Shown: one piece after another, positions 19,380-29,650 of the stretch
Layout: each line of letters opens with the position of its first letter
Position numbering within the stretch: the first letter of the stretch is position 1
Translations under genes and position numbers: made by a program
The notes under the pieces: generated by a model
What the model saw: the letters and a program-made list of their open reading frames with translations, nothing else
Told to the model about the DNA's origin: nothing
Database searches by the model: none
Origin: a virus
DNA: 64,000 nucleotides
Reading direction: 5' to 3' (one strand)
Virus record (IMG/VR): IMGVR_UViG_3300042914_002167

Positions 19380-19433
19380 GACAATTTTTTGATATGATAA
19401 ATAGGGAAGTAACTCCAAAAGGAACTTCTCAAA

Positions 19434-20177
19434 ATGGCAAAACCAACAACAAGAGAGCAGTTGAAAGCATATTGTCTGCGTCAACTCGGTGCACCTGTAG
19501 TTGAGATCAACGTGGACGATGAACAGGTAGAAGATTGTATTGACGATGCGATTCAGTATTATCATGACTATCACTTTGATGGTACCGAAAAAGTCTACCT
19601 TGCTCATCAGATAACAGAGACAGATGTATCAAATAGATACATTGACATTCCAGAGTCTGTCATTGGTGTTGTAAACATCTTTGACATTGGTGATTCGTTC
19701 TCTACCAACAACCTCTTCAACATCAGATACCAGATCGCATTGAATGATCTCTTTGCATTCAACTATGGTCCATTTGCACCATACTACATGGCGTTACAGA
19801 ATGTAGCACTTGCTGAAGAGTTATTTGTTGGAAGGCAGTCACTTCGTTTCAATCGGCACACTAACAAACTCCATATTGAAATGTCGTGGAGTGAAAAGGT
19901 CGTTGTCGGTGAGTACATCATCGTAGAAGGTTACGCTGCATTAGATCCAGAAACATACTCAGATGTTTACAATGATCGTTGGTTGAAGAGATATTCCACT
20001 GCACTCATAAAGAAACAATGGGGCACTAACCTCAAGAAGTTTGAGGGTCTTCAGATGCCAGGTGGAATCACATTCAACGGGCAGAAGATTTGGGATGAAG
20101 CTACAGATGAAATCACTCAGCTAGAAACTGAGATGATCAATTCTTATAGTTTACCGGTTTCCGATATGATTGGATGA
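19434..20177 (+). CDS. gp13: Neck protein gp13
   Basis: YCLRQLGAPVVEINV, YNDRWLKRY, QWGTNLKKF, PGGITFNG. Confidence 0.95.
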   Translation: MAKPTTREQLKAYCLRQLGAPVVEINVDDEQVEDCIDDAIQYYHDYHFDGTEKVYLAHQITETDVSNRYIDIPESVIGVVNIFDIGDSFSTNNLFNIRYQIALNDLFAFNYGPFAPYYMALQNVALAEELFVGRQSLRFNRHTNKLHIEMSWSEKVVVGEYIIVEGYAALDPETYSDVYNDRWLKRYSTALIKKQWGTNLKKFEGLQMPGGITFNGQKIWDEATDEITQLETEMINSYSLPVSDMIG

Positions 20178-20184
20178 ACCTACT

Positions 20185-20997
20185 GTGGCACGCAATCGTT
20201 ATTTCAATCAGTACACAAAAGTTGCTAGAGAACAATCTGTTCTTGAGGACTTGATCATTGAAGCCATCAAGATTTATGGCGTTCAAGGATATTTTTTACC
20301 TAGAACATTTGTCGGTAAAGATATTCTTTACGGCGAAGATCCGGCTTCAATCTTTGACGATGCGATTGAAATGGAAATGTATATCAAATCATATGATGGA
20401 TTCATGGGGCAAGAAGACTTTCTTTCTAAGTTTGGTCTCCAGATCGATGAGTCTATCACATTCACCGTGTCTCAGAAAAGATTTAGTCAGTCACTGAAAC
20501 AGTGCTTGACGACGGAATACTCATACAATTTTCTACTTGAAGATGGATCACTTCTTCTTCAAGAGCCAACATACGATTACTCATCAATCATAAGACCAAG
20601 AGAAGGTGATCTAGTTTGGATACCTATGCTTGGATACATGTATGAAATCAAGTTCACTGAAAACATTGATGTGTTCTTCCCACTGGGAAATCTATACTCA
20701 TTTGAAATCAGATGTGACAGATTTGAATACTCAAGCGAAAGACTGGACACTGGAGTGGAAGAAATTGACACTCTAGAAGAAAACTACAGTCTGTCAAATG
20801 AGTTCATCGCAAAAATTCTTCTTGAGGATGTAGACAGTGTTCTACTAGAAGATTCATATAAGATTCTATCAGAAGGTGATCATATCGTGACTAAGGAAGT
20901 TGAAGCAGACAACGAATACATTTCTGAGAAAATTCGTCAGACTGAAATAGTAGACTTCACTGAAAAGAATCCATTTTCTGAAGTTTGGGAGTACTAA
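20185..20997 (+). CDS. gp14: Neck protein gp14 (GTG start chosen; ORF open from 20170)
   Basis: EAIKIYG..YFLPR, LSKFGLQI, PREGDL, FEYSSE, DFTEKNPF. Confidence 0.92.
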   Translation: MARNRYFNQYTKVAREQSVLEDLIIEAIKIYGVQGYFLPRTFVGKDILYGEDPASIFDDAIEMEMYIKSYDGFMGQEDFLSKFGLQIDESITFTVSQKRFSQSLKQCLTTEYSYNFLLEDGSLLLQEPTYDYSSIIRPREGDLVWIPMLGYMYEIKFTENIDVFFPLGNLYSFEIRCDRFEYSSERLDTGVEEIDTLEENYSLSNEFIAKILLEDVDSVLLEDSYKILSEGDHIVTKEVEADNEYISEKIRQTEIVDFTEKNPFSEVWEY

Positions 20998-20999
20998 TC

Positions 21000-21749
21000 A
21001 TGATGTTCGGGCACGATTTTTATCACGGCACACTTAGAAAATATGTTATCATGTTTGGTAATCTCTTTGATGAGATCACTGTCGATAGAAGAGACACTAG
21101 TGGAAATCTAGTTCAAACCATCAATCTTCCAATTACCTATGGTCCAAAGCAAAAGTGGCTTGCAAGAGTTGAAGCTGATCCTGATCTGAATAGACCACTA
21201 TCAATCACTTTGCCTAGGCTTGGATTCACCTTAGACTCCATGACTTATGCGCCTAGTAGAAAGTTGAATAGCGCAAGAAGAATAACAAAGGGAACAAACA
21301 TTGGCGGTGAAAACTTCAAGTCAGTGTACGCTCCTGTTCCATATGATATGCAGTTCACGCTGTACGCATTGGTAAAAAACGCAGAAGATGGTGTCCAGAT
21401 TATAGAGCAAATTGTTCCCTTTTTTACACCAGACTTTACAGTGACAATGCATGCTCTATCAGAAATGGACATAAGACTTGATGTTCCAATTGAATTGACA
21501 GGAATCTCATCTGATGATTCATATGAAGGTGATTTTGAGTCTCGTAGAGTTTTGACATGGCAAATGAATTTTACAGTCAAGGGTTACCTGTTCGGACCTG
21601 TAAACAAAGATGCATATATCAATAAGGCGACAATCACTATCAATGACGATTCATACGGCAGAAATAACGCAAAGCAAGTATGGAAGGGCGTCTATGAAGG
21701 CAACTCTGAATTTGGATTTACTGAAACAATAATTGAAACGTCAGAATAA
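21000..21749 (+). CDS. gp15: Tail sheath stabiliser gp15
   Basis: FYHGTLRKYVIMFGNLF, PITYGPKQK, LPRLGF, PVPY, QIIEQIVPFFTP. Confidence 0.95.
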   Translation: MMFGHDFYHGTLRKYVIMFGNLFDEITVDRRDTSGNLVQTINLPITYGPKQKWLARVEADPDLNRPLSITLPRLGFTLDSMTYAPSRKLNSARRITKGTNIGGENFKSVYAPVPYDMQFTLYALVKNAEDGVQIIEQIVPFFTPDFTVTMHALSEMDIRLDVPIELTGISSDDSYEGDFESRRVLTWQMNFTVKGYLFGPVNKDAYINKATITINDDSYGRNNAKQVWKGVYEGNSEFGFTETIIETSE

Positions 21750-21751
21750 CC

Positions 21752-22177
21752 ATGAAAAAAACTGTTGATGAAAAACTAGATAATGTCTTTGACATCGTAC
21801 CTTCAGTTGTTGCTGACCAAAATGCAACAGTTGTCACTCACCAAGAGACAACACCACTAAATCAACTCGCCGAAGATGGTAACATAGATGCTGATTACGA
21901 ATATGCAAGAGGCAATCTAAAAGGTTTGATTGAGAATGGCAAGATCGCTATGGAGAACATCATCTTCTTAGCGAAAGAAGGTGAGTCTCCTCGCGCATAT
22001 GAAGTTGTCGGGCAGTTGATCAAGACACTAGCCGAGACAAACAAAGACTTGTTGGAACTAGGCAAGAAAGCAAAAGAAGCTAGAGGTAAAGAAAAAGAAT
22101 CTGCACCACAGCATGTGACAAACGCACTTTTTGTTGGAAGTACAGCAGAGTTGCAGAAGATGCTAAAGGGTAAATAG
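21752..22177 (+). CDS. gp16: Terminase small subunit gp16
   Basis: DYEYARGNL, SPRAYEVVGQLIK, NALFVGSTAELQK. Confidence 0.95.
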   Translation: MKKTVDEKLDNVFDIVPSVVADQNATVVTHQETTPLNQLAEDGNIDADYEYARGNLKGLIENGKIAMENIIFLAKEGESPRAYEVVGQLIKTLAETNKDLLELGKKAKEARGKEKESAPQHVTNALFVGSTAELQKMLKGK

Positions 22178-23814
22178 TGCCAGTCAAGAGTTATCTAGGT
22201 AACGCAAACCTCAAAGCCGCTGGAGTACAATTAGGATTCACTAAAGAGCAACTTGAAGAGTACATCAAGTGTGCAGAGGATCCAGTATACTTCATCAATA
22301 ACTATTGCATGATCGTTACACTTGATCATGGCTTGCAACCCTTCAAACTCTATCCCTGTCAGGTCAACAAAGTCAAAGTCATCCATGAAAATCGCAAAGT
22401 CATTCTCATGGAGGGGCGCCAGCAAGGCAAGACAACGACATCAGCAGCATACATTCTCTGGTACACTATCTTTCAAGAATCAAAGACTGTCGCCATTCTA
22501 GCGAACAAAGCGCCAGCAGCTAGAGAAGTCTTGTATCGATATCAGTTGATGTATGAGAATCTTCCTATGTGGATGCAACAAGGAGTCACGACATGGAACA
22601 AGGGTGACATTGCACTTGAGAATGGATCAATCGTCTTCACCGCAGCGACATCAGCATCTGGTATTCGTGGTAAGTCTGTAAACTTGCTCTATGTAGACGA
22701 GACCGCGATCATTCCAAACAATATTGCAGAACAGTTCTTCACATCAGTCTATCCTACAATCTCTGCTGGTGAAACGACAAAGATTCTGTTGAGTTCCACT
22801 CCACTTGGATACAATCACTTCTGGAAGTTCTGGAACGATGCAACAAATGGCAGAAATGGCTTTATCACACTGTTCATTCCTTATTGGGAGATTCCAGGTA
22901 GAGATGAGAAGTGGGCAGAAACCCAAAGAAAACTGTTAGGTGAACTCAAGTTCAATCAAGAAGTTTTGTGTAACTTCCTTGGATCAAGTCTCACACTGAT
23001 CAACTCTGATACAATTGCACAATTGTCTCCATCTCCACCTGTGTACAGTAAAGATGGGCTTGATGTATTTGAAAAACCAGACAAAGCGAAGTCTTACGTC
23101 ATGATAGCAGACACAGCAAAAGGTGTCGGCGGTGACTACTCAGCATTCTCTGTCATAGACATAACACAAGTTCCATATAAGATGGTAGCAAAGTATCGTG
23201 ACAATCAAGTCAGCCCGCTGTTGTATCCATCGATCATAAATAAGATCGGAAAAGAATACAATGACGCATTCATATTACTAGAGATCAACTCATCGGAACA
23301 AGTTGCTCACATTCTTCATGATGAGTATGAGTATGAGAATATCATCTATGTGAACAGAAACACCAAGACGGGGCAATTAGTCTCTGGTGGTTTCGGTGGT
23401 GGTAAGACTCAGTTGGGTGTAATGACAGACAAGAAAGTCAAGCGCATCGGTTGCTTCAACTTCAAGTCACTCATGGAAGAGAAGAAGATCCATATTCCAG
23501 ACGTTGACACGATTGCAGAGATAGCAACTTTCATTGAAAAGAAAAATAGTTATGAAGCAGATGAAGGATACCATGACGATCTTGTCATGACACTTGTCTT
23601 GTTCTCTTGGTTGACTACAAACTCATATTTCAAAGAACTCAGCAATGTTAATTTGCGGCACGCCTTGTATGAAAAGAGAATGCAAGTTATTGAAGAAGAA
23701 CTTACGCCATTCGGATTTATAAATACAGGAACAGAAGATCAAACTTTCGTTGATGGCGCTGGGCAAGTATGGTCTAGTCAAGATAAAGAAGACTCTAATT
23801 TTACTTTTTTATAA
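22177..23814 (+). CDS. gp17: Terminase large subunit gp17
   Basis: RQQGKTT Walker A, YVDE Walker B, SSTPLG, DTAKGVGGDYS, HDDLVM; GTG start. Confidence 0.97.
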   Translation: MPVKSYLGNANLKAAGVQLGFTKEQLEEYIKCAEDPVYFINNYCMIVTLDHGLQPFKLYPCQVNKVKVIHENRKVILMEGRQQGKTTTSAAYILWYTIFQESKTVAILANKAPAAREVLYRYQLMYENLPMWMQQGVTTWNKGDIALENGSIVFTAATSASGIRGKSVNLLYVDETAIIPNNIAEQFFTSVYPTISAGETTKILLSSTPLGYNHFWKFWNDATNGRNGFITLFIPYWEIPGRDEKWAETQRKLLGELKFNQEVLCNFLGSSLTLINSDTIAQLSPSPPVYSKDGLDVFEKPDKAKSYVMIADTAKGVGGDYSAFSVIDITQVPYKMVAKYRDNQVSPLLYPSIINKIGKEYNDAFILLEINSSEQVAHILHDEYEYENIIYVNRNTKTGQLVSGGFGGGKTQLGVMTDKKVKRIGCFNFKSLMEEKKIHIPDVDTIAEIATFIEKKNSYEADEGYHDDLVMTLVLFSWLTTNSYFKELSNVNLRHALYEKRMQVIEEELTPFGFINTGTEDQTFVDGAGQVWSSQDKEDSNFTFL

Positions 23815-23817
23815 ATA
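23810..23817 (+). promoter_or_regulatory. T4-type late promoter
   Basis: TATAAATA upstream of gp18. Confidence 0.8.
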
Positions 23818-23883
23818 GTTTTAGAATGAAGACACGTGATAATGAGTGAAGACAATACAAATTCCAATCAAGGAGAATAACAA

Positions 23884-25794
23884 ATGGCAATCAGTTTAGT
23901 ATCACCTGGCGTAAAGATCACAGAAGTAGATCAAATTTCGTCAACACCATCACTTGCAACTACAGGCGGTGGATTTGCAGGAGAGTTTCGTTGGGGTCCT
24001 CTCAATGAACCAACACTAGTCGTTAGTGAAGCTGATCTTAGATCAAAATTCGGTTCTCCTTCAGCTACGTCTAATTCCACAATTGATTTTCTTAGCGCAT
24101 CAAACTTCCTTTCATACTCACAGTCATTGTTTGTTGTTCGTGCAGCAAACACAGCGGCTGCATTGAATGCAACAGCAACTAAGACTACATCAGATACAGC
24201 AAACGCTGGCACTGGAGTGCTTATTCAAAATTCAACAAGCTATGACACTACTGTGCCTGGCTCTCTTGATGTTGGTCCATGGGCAGCAAAGTATCCTGGA
24301 GTTCTAGGAAATGCAATTAAAGTTTCTACTTGCCCATCTTCAGCAGCATGGGAAAGCACATTGACAGGAACATTGTCAGTTGCAGTAAATGGAACTGTAG
24401 TTACAGGATCTGGAACAGCTTTCACAACAGAAGTTGTTGTTGGTGACATTCTTATCCTAAACTCAAGAAGTGTGCAAGTAAAATCCGTCGCAAACGGAAC
24501 TTCACTAACTCTAGAGTCTGCACACTTGACTGGTGCAACATCAGAGGCTTCAGTAAAGCGCAGATGGCAATATTTTGATATTTTTGCAGCAGCACCAGGA
24601 ACAACTCCAAATGCCGCTGACAAAAACGCAGTTGATGACGAAATGCACGTAGTTGTTGTAGACGGAACAGGAAATCTGACTGGAGTTAAGGGCAATGTGC
24701 TAGAGAAGTTTGCTTCTCTATCTAAGGGTTCTGATTCTAAGGGCGAAAACGGTGGAACAAACTACTACGCAAGTGTTATCAACAGCCAATCGAAATACAT
24801 TTGGTGGGCTGATCACGACAATGCTTCAGCAAACTGGGGTAATGCTCTAGAAAATACAACATACACAAGTGTTGCAACACCAAAAACATACAATCTAGCT
24901 GGTGGTGCTGATGGCGGTAACATTACAGATGCTGCACGAATCACAGCATTCACAAAACTATCAGACAAAGAAGCATATCCATTGTCAGTAGTTATTGCAG
25001 GTCAAGCATCAGTAGCGGTTGTAAACACAATCATTGCTGACGTTTGCGAGGTAAGAAAAGATTGCGTTGTAACTGTATCTCCAACATATGCTAGTTCAGT
25101 AAACAATGCATCTCCAGCAGCGGCAGTTATTGCAGCATTTGCATCTTTGACACGCTCAACATATGCAGTAGCAGACAGCGGATGGAAGTATCAGTATGAC
25201 AAGTATAACGACAGATATATTTACGTTCCATTGAATCCAGATGTTGCTGGTTGCATGGCACGTACAGATGCTAATCGTGAGCCTTGGATTTCTCCAGCTG
25301 GTTCTTCGAAGGGCAGAATTCTGAATTCTGTGAAACTAGCATGGAATCCAAATCAAACTGAACGCGATCAGCTATACAAGACTGCAATCAATCCAGTTAT
25401 CACTCAAGCTGGAATTGGAACTGTTCTGTTTGGCGACAAGACATACACAACACGCAACACTGCATTCAACAGAATCAATGTACGCAGACTTTTCATTGAA
25501 ATAGAGAAGACAATTGGCTTAAGTGCTGCTGATCTTCTATTTGAACAAAATGATGCATCAACACGCGAGAACTTCGTAAACTTGGTTTCTCCATATCTGA
25601 GAAGTGTTCAAGCTAGAAGAGGTATTACAGCATTCAAGGTTGTCTGTGATGAAACAAACAATCCAGAAGATGTTGTAAACAACAGCGAATTTATTTGCGA
25701 CATTTTTGTTCAGCCAGTCAAGTCAGTTAACTTTATCCAACTTAATTTCGTTGCAGTTAGAGGTTCCGCTTCTTTCTCTGAAGTGACAGCATAA
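23884..25794 (+). CDS. gp18: Tail sheath protein gp18
   Basis: SPGVKITEVD, FRWGP, DSGWKYQYDKYND, RINVRRLF, VVCDETNN, NFIQLNFVA. Confidence 0.97.
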   Translation: MAISLVSPGVKITEVDQISSTPSLATTGGGFAGEFRWGPLNEPTLVVSEADLRSKFGSPSATSNSTIDFLSASNFLSYSQSLFVVRAANTAAALNATATKTTSDTANAGTGVLIQNSTSYDTTVPGSLDVGPWAAKYPGVLGNAIKVSTCPSSAAWESTLTGTLSVAVNGTVVTGSGTAFTTEVVVGDILILNSRSVQVKSVANGTSLTLESAHLTGATSEASVKRRWQYFDIFAAAPGTTPNAADKNAVDDEMHVVVVDGTGNLTGVKGNVLEKFASLSKGSDSKGENGGTNYYASVINSQSKYIWWADHDNASANWGNALENTTYTSVATPKTYNLAGGADGGNITDAARITAFTKLSDKEAYPLSVVIAGQASVAVVNTIIADVCEVRKDCVVTVSPTYASSVNNASPAAAVIAAFASLTRSTYAVADSGWKYQYDKYNDRYIYVPLNPDVAGCMARTDANREPWISPAGSSKGRILNSVKLAWNPNQTERDQLYKTAINPVITQAGIGTVLFGDKTYTTRNTAFNRINVRRLFIEIEKTIGLSAADLLFEQNDASTRENFVNLVSPYLRSVQARRGITAFKVVCDETNNPEDVVNNSEFICDIFVQPVKSVNFIQLNFVAVRGSASFSEVTA

Positions 25795-25826
25795 ATAACT
25801 AAACGAAATATAAGGAGGGCAAAACT

Positions 25827-26393
25827 ATGAGTTTTGACGTATCAAAATTTAGAGAGGCTCTGGGAGGGGGTGCGAGAGCAAACCTTTTCAGAGTTACAGC
25901 ACTTGATATAGGCATTCAAGAAAATCGCGATTTGTTTTCCGTCACATGTAAGTCTGCATCTCTACCTGCTTCAACAACTGGGCTGATTGAAGTCGCTTTC
26001 AATGCAGGTAGAAGATACAAACTTGCGGGCGAGAGAATTTTTGCAGAGTGGACTACAACTGTCATAAACACTGAAGACTATAAAATTCGTAGTGCTATTG
26101 AAGATTGGCAAAAAACTATCGTATTTACAAATTTCAATGCAACTTCTGTTGGAAATAGAGATTTGTATTCATCGGATGGCACACAAAATGCACTTGCAAA
26201 TGCGCTATTAAGAACACCAGCAATGCTTGTGGAGCAACTTGACGACAGTGGAGAAGCCATTTCTAAGTTCAAACTTCACCACTGCTGGCCGAGTGACATT
26301 TCTACAATTGATCTATCATACGATAATGCTGATGCCGTTGAAGAATTTTCTGTGACATGGTCATACGACTATTTCACTCAAATACCGATTTAA
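25827..26393 (+). CDS. gp19: Tail tube protein gp19-like (copy 1)
   Basis: GGARANLF, CKSASLPAS, WPSDISTIDLSYD, EEFSVTWSYDY. Confidence 0.88.
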   Translation: MSFDVSKFREALGGGARANLFRVTALDIGIQENRDLFSVTCKSASLPASTTGLIEVAFNAGRRYKLAGERIFAEWTTTVINTEDYKIRSAIEDWQKTIVFTNFNATSVGNRDLYSSDGTQNALANALLRTPAMLVEQLDDSGEAISKFKLHHCWPSDISTIDLSYDNADAVEEFSVTWSYDYFTQIPI

Positions 26394-26405
26394 TAGGAGA
26401 AAATT

Positions 26406-27044
26406 ATGGCATTAACAACACTAAGCGATTTCAAAAGCGCACTTAAGTATGGCGCTAGATCAAATCTGTTCAAAGTAAAAATCGGTGTACCTTCTATAAC
26501 ATTAACTACAGATAAATTAGCTACAACAGCATCTACATTGAATGGTATCATTGACACAACTACTGACGGTAACAATGTTGAACTTCTTTGCAAGGCTGCT
26601 GCTATTCCCAGCTTTACACTAGGTACAATTGAAGTTCCATTCAGAGGAAGAAGAATCAAGATTCCTGGAGATAGAAGTTTCGGTGACTGGACTGCTACTT
26701 TTATGGCAGATGATGCACATAAGATTAGACAACTATTTCTTGAGTGGACAAACTACATCAAGAATCATGATGAAACAACAGAATCATTGGGTTCTTCTGC
26801 TGGCGATTACTACTCAACTGTTGACATCCATCACTTGAAATCAGACTCCACAGTGTCTAGATACTACAAGTTGTATGAAGTGTTTCCTACAGAAGTTGGA
26901 GCAATTGATCTGTCTTATGACAGCACAGATACACTTGAAGAATTTACAGTGACATTCCAATATCACTATTTGGATTCAAGTTCGTCTCCAATCGTTCCAT
27001 CATCCACTCAAGATGAAGCTGGTGGTACAGACGTTCTATCTTGA
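26406..27044 (+). CDS. gp19: Tail tube protein gp19-like (copy 2)
   Basis: GARSNLF, EVPFRGRRIKIPGDRSF, FPTEVGAIDLSYD, EEFTVTFQY. Confidence 0.9.
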   Translation: MALTTLSDFKSALKYGARSNLFKVKIGVPSITLTTDKLATTASTLNGIIDTTTDGNNVELLCKAAAIPSFTLGTIEVPFRGRRIKIPGDRSFGDWTATFMADDAHKIRQLFLEWTNYIKNHDETTESLGSSAGDYYSTVDIHHLKSDSTVSRYYKLYEVFPTEVGAIDLSYDSTDTLEEFTVTFQYHYLDSSSSPIVPSSTQDEAGGTDVLS

Positions 27045-27091
27045 GTCATAAATTGAGTGATAAATAGAGTTACGTATAGTTCGTAAACAAA

Positions 27092-27117
27092 GAAGGGGCT
27101 AGCGATAGCCCCTTTTT
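27092..27117 (+). terminator. Intrinsic terminator/hairpin before portal
   Basis: AAGGGGCTA-GCGA-TAGCCCCTTTTT. Confidence 0.75.
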
Positions 27118-27139
27118 ACATTTTGATAGAGAGACAACA

Positions 27140-28765
27140 ATGGCACTAAAACTATTTGGATTCAAGATAGGTAAAGATGAAGCGGAAAAAGATTTAGTAA
27201 AGTCTTTTGTGCCACCTTCTGATGAAGATGGCGCAGTATCAGTTACCGCTGGTGGAATTTATGGCACATATGTTGACTTAGAAGGTCAAATTAGAAATGA
27301 TGCTGATCTAGTCAGTAAGTATCGCGAGATGTCTACTCAGCCAGAATGCGACACTGCAATTGACGATATTGTCAATGAAGCTATTGTGTATAAAGAGGAC
27401 GACTATCCTGTTGAAATTCTACTAGACGGCTTGAAACAACCAGATTCCATCAAGAAAAAAATAAGTGATGAGTTCAATCACATCATGAAACTTCTTGACT
27501 TTGGAAATCAAGGTTATGACATCTTCAGAAAATGGTATGTTGATGGTAGACTTTACTATCACATGATCATAGATGAGAAGAATCCTAGAGCGGGTCTAAA
27601 AGAAGTTCGCTATGTAGATCCAAGAAAAATACGAAAAGTTAAAGAACTGACACGCAAGAGAGATCCGGCTGGTGTTGTTGCTATACACACAAAACCTCAA
27701 GAGTATTTCATCTACTCTGAAAAAGGTTTTGCAAAAGATGGCTCTCAGGGGCTCAAGATTGCATTTGACTCAATATGCTATGTCCACTCTGGCATATTTG
27801 ACAAAGACGGCAAAGTTGTCCTCTCAAATCTTCACAAAGCAATCAAACCACTCAATCAATTGCGCATGCTAGAAGATGCAACCGTCATCTATCGCATCTC
27901 GCGCGCACCTGAACGAAGAATCTTCTATATTGATGTTGGTAACTTACCAAAAATCAAAGCAGAGCAGTATCTTCGCGAGATCATGCAGAAATACAAGAAT
28001 AAACTTGTTTATGATGCACAGACTGGTGAGATTCGTGATGACAGAAGATTCCAAACAATGCTTGAAGACTTCTGGTTGCCAAGACGAGAAGGTGGTAAAG
28101 GCACAGAGATCACCACACTTCCTGCTGGGCAAAATCTAGGTGAGATTGAAGATGTCTTGTATTTCCAAAAGAAACTCTACAAGTCTATGAATGTTCCTAT
28201 TTCTAGACTAGAGGCGGACAATGGATTTTCACTGGGGCGTACATCTGAAATCACTCGCGATGAGATCAAATTCAACAAGTTTGTTGTTAGACTCCGTTTG
28301 AGATTTTCTCATATGTTTGACAAAATGCTTGAGACACAACTCTTACTGAAAGGTGTCTGCACAAGAAAAGAGTGGCAGCAGATGCGCGAGGAGATTAATT
28401 ATAAATTCAATGGCGATCAATACTTCTCAGAATTAAAAGAGTCTGAAATCATGAAAGATCGTATTGCCATTTTGACTGATATTGATCAATTCGTTGGTAA
28501 GTATTTTTCTATTGAATATGTGCGCAAGAACATTCTTCGTCAAACTGAAGAAGACATCAAAGAGATTGACGATCAAATGGAAGAAGAAGTTGCTGGAGCA
28601 GAAGAGACTACACCAACTGAAAACGATGTTCAGACACCACCAGTTCAAGATCAAACGGAATCTTTCAGCACTGACGATACAGATCAAAGAGAGTTAGCCA
28701 AATCAATGACGAGGTTCTTTGAAACTCTAACAGAAGAATCAAATGAAAACTCAAGAAAGAAATGA
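27140..28765 (+). CDS. gp20: Portal protein gp20
   Basis: WYVDGR, LHKAIKPLNQLRMLEDA, RAPERRIFYIDVGN, EDFWLPRREGGKGTEI. Confidence 0.98.
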   Translation: MALKLFGFKIGKDEAEKDLVKSFVPPSDEDGAVSVTAGGIYGTYVDLEGQIRNDADLVSKYREMSTQPECDTAIDDIVNEAIVYKEDDYPVEILLDGLKQPDSIKKKISDEFNHIMKLLDFGNQGYDIFRKWYVDGRLYYHMIIDEKNPRAGLKEVRYVDPRKIRKVKELTRKRDPAGVVAIHTKPQEYFIYSEKGFAKDGSQGLKIAFDSICYVHSGIFDKDGKVVLSNLHKAIKPLNQLRMLEDATVIYRISRAPERRIFYIDVGNLPKIKAEQYLREIMQKYKNKLVYDAQTGEIRDDRRFQTMLEDFWLPRREGGKGTEITTLPAGQNLGEIEDVLYFQKKLYKSMNVPISRLEADNGFSLGRTSEITRDEIKFNKFVVRLRLRFSHMFDKMLETQLLLKGVCTRKEWQQMREEINYKFNGDQYFSELKESEIMKDRIAILTDIDQFVGKYFSIEYVRKNILRQTEEDIKEIDDQMEEEVAGAEETTPTENDVQTPPVQDQTESFSTDDTDQRELAKSMTRFFETLTEESNENSRKK

Positions 28766-29582
28766 TGTCGTTGATGACGCACTTCTGATTGCAACTTCAA
28801 TTGCATATACAAAAAAAGAATGTGACGGCATCAAAAAACAATTAAGTTCTTTACAAGAAGAGTTTGATGGCAATTTTTTATTGAAGGTTGACTCTCTTCA
28901 AGATAACTTAAAAACTATCAGAGGTCCTAAAGGTGAAAAAGGCGACAGAGGAGAGCAGGGACCAATAGGTTATGTTGGAAGAATAGGTCCTAGAGGCGAT
29001 GTCGGTCCACAAGGACCAAAGGGTGAAGTAGGTCCACAAGGACCAAAAGGCGACACCGGAGCGCAAGGTCTGCCGGGGCAAGATGGCAGGGATGGCAGTG
29101 ACGGGAAAACACCCAACGTAGAACCATTTCTAGAAAAAATTAGCGACCACTACAAAAAACTTCATAGCGCACTAGTTTCTAATGTAAACAAAGTTCTTAT
29201 GTTGGTTGGAGGCGGCGGTAGTGGTGGAGGTTCTGTAAATCTACTAGATAATGATGACGTTGAATTCCAACAGTTATCTGCTACATCAAATAATTCTGTT
29301 TTGATCTTTGATGCGGTGAAGAAGAAGTTCGTCGCAAGAGACCTTGTTGCATTTATAAATAGCATACAAACAGGAGTAGAAGTGCAATACAATAAACTCA
29401 TTGATGTCAGTGGTAATTACACTTACATTGGCGAAGCATTGCCAGGAACTTCAACATCTTCCAGTAATTGGAGAGTAAAGAGAATAGAGCAGATAGGCAC
29501 AGACTATAACATACTTTGGGCAAATGGCTCTTCAGATTTTGACAAAACATGGAATGATAGAATATCATACACTTATTCTTAA
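28743..29582 (+). CDS. Collagen-like (Gly-X-Y) fibre protein
   Basis: 21 consecutive GXY triplets GPK...GKT; C-terminal YIGEA.PG..WRVKR domain. Confidence 0.85.
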   Translation: MKTQERNDVVDDALLIATSIAYTKKECDGIKKQLSSLQEEFDGNFLLKVDSLQDNLKTIRGPKGEKGDRGEQGPIGYVGRIGPRGDVGPQGPKGEVGPQGPKGDTGAQGLPGQDGRDGSDGKTPNVEPFLEKISDHYKKLHSALVSNVNKVLMLVGGGGSGGGSVNLLDNDDVEFQQLSATSNNSVLIFDAVKKKFVARDLVAFINSIQTGVEVQYNKLIDVSGNYTYIGEALPGTSTSSSNWRVKRIEQIGTDYNILWANGSSDFDKTWNDRISYTYS

Positions 29583-29603
29583 TTTCTTGTAATTACAAGA
29601 AAT

Positions 29604-29611
29604 TATAAATA
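29604..29611 (+). promoter_or_regulatory. T4-type late promoter
   Basis: TATAAATA overlapping the end of a 26-bp palindrome (29580-29605). Confidence 0.75.
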
Positions 29612-29650
29612 GAAAAGTTGACACATCAACAGAAAGCAGGAGTTGTACAA

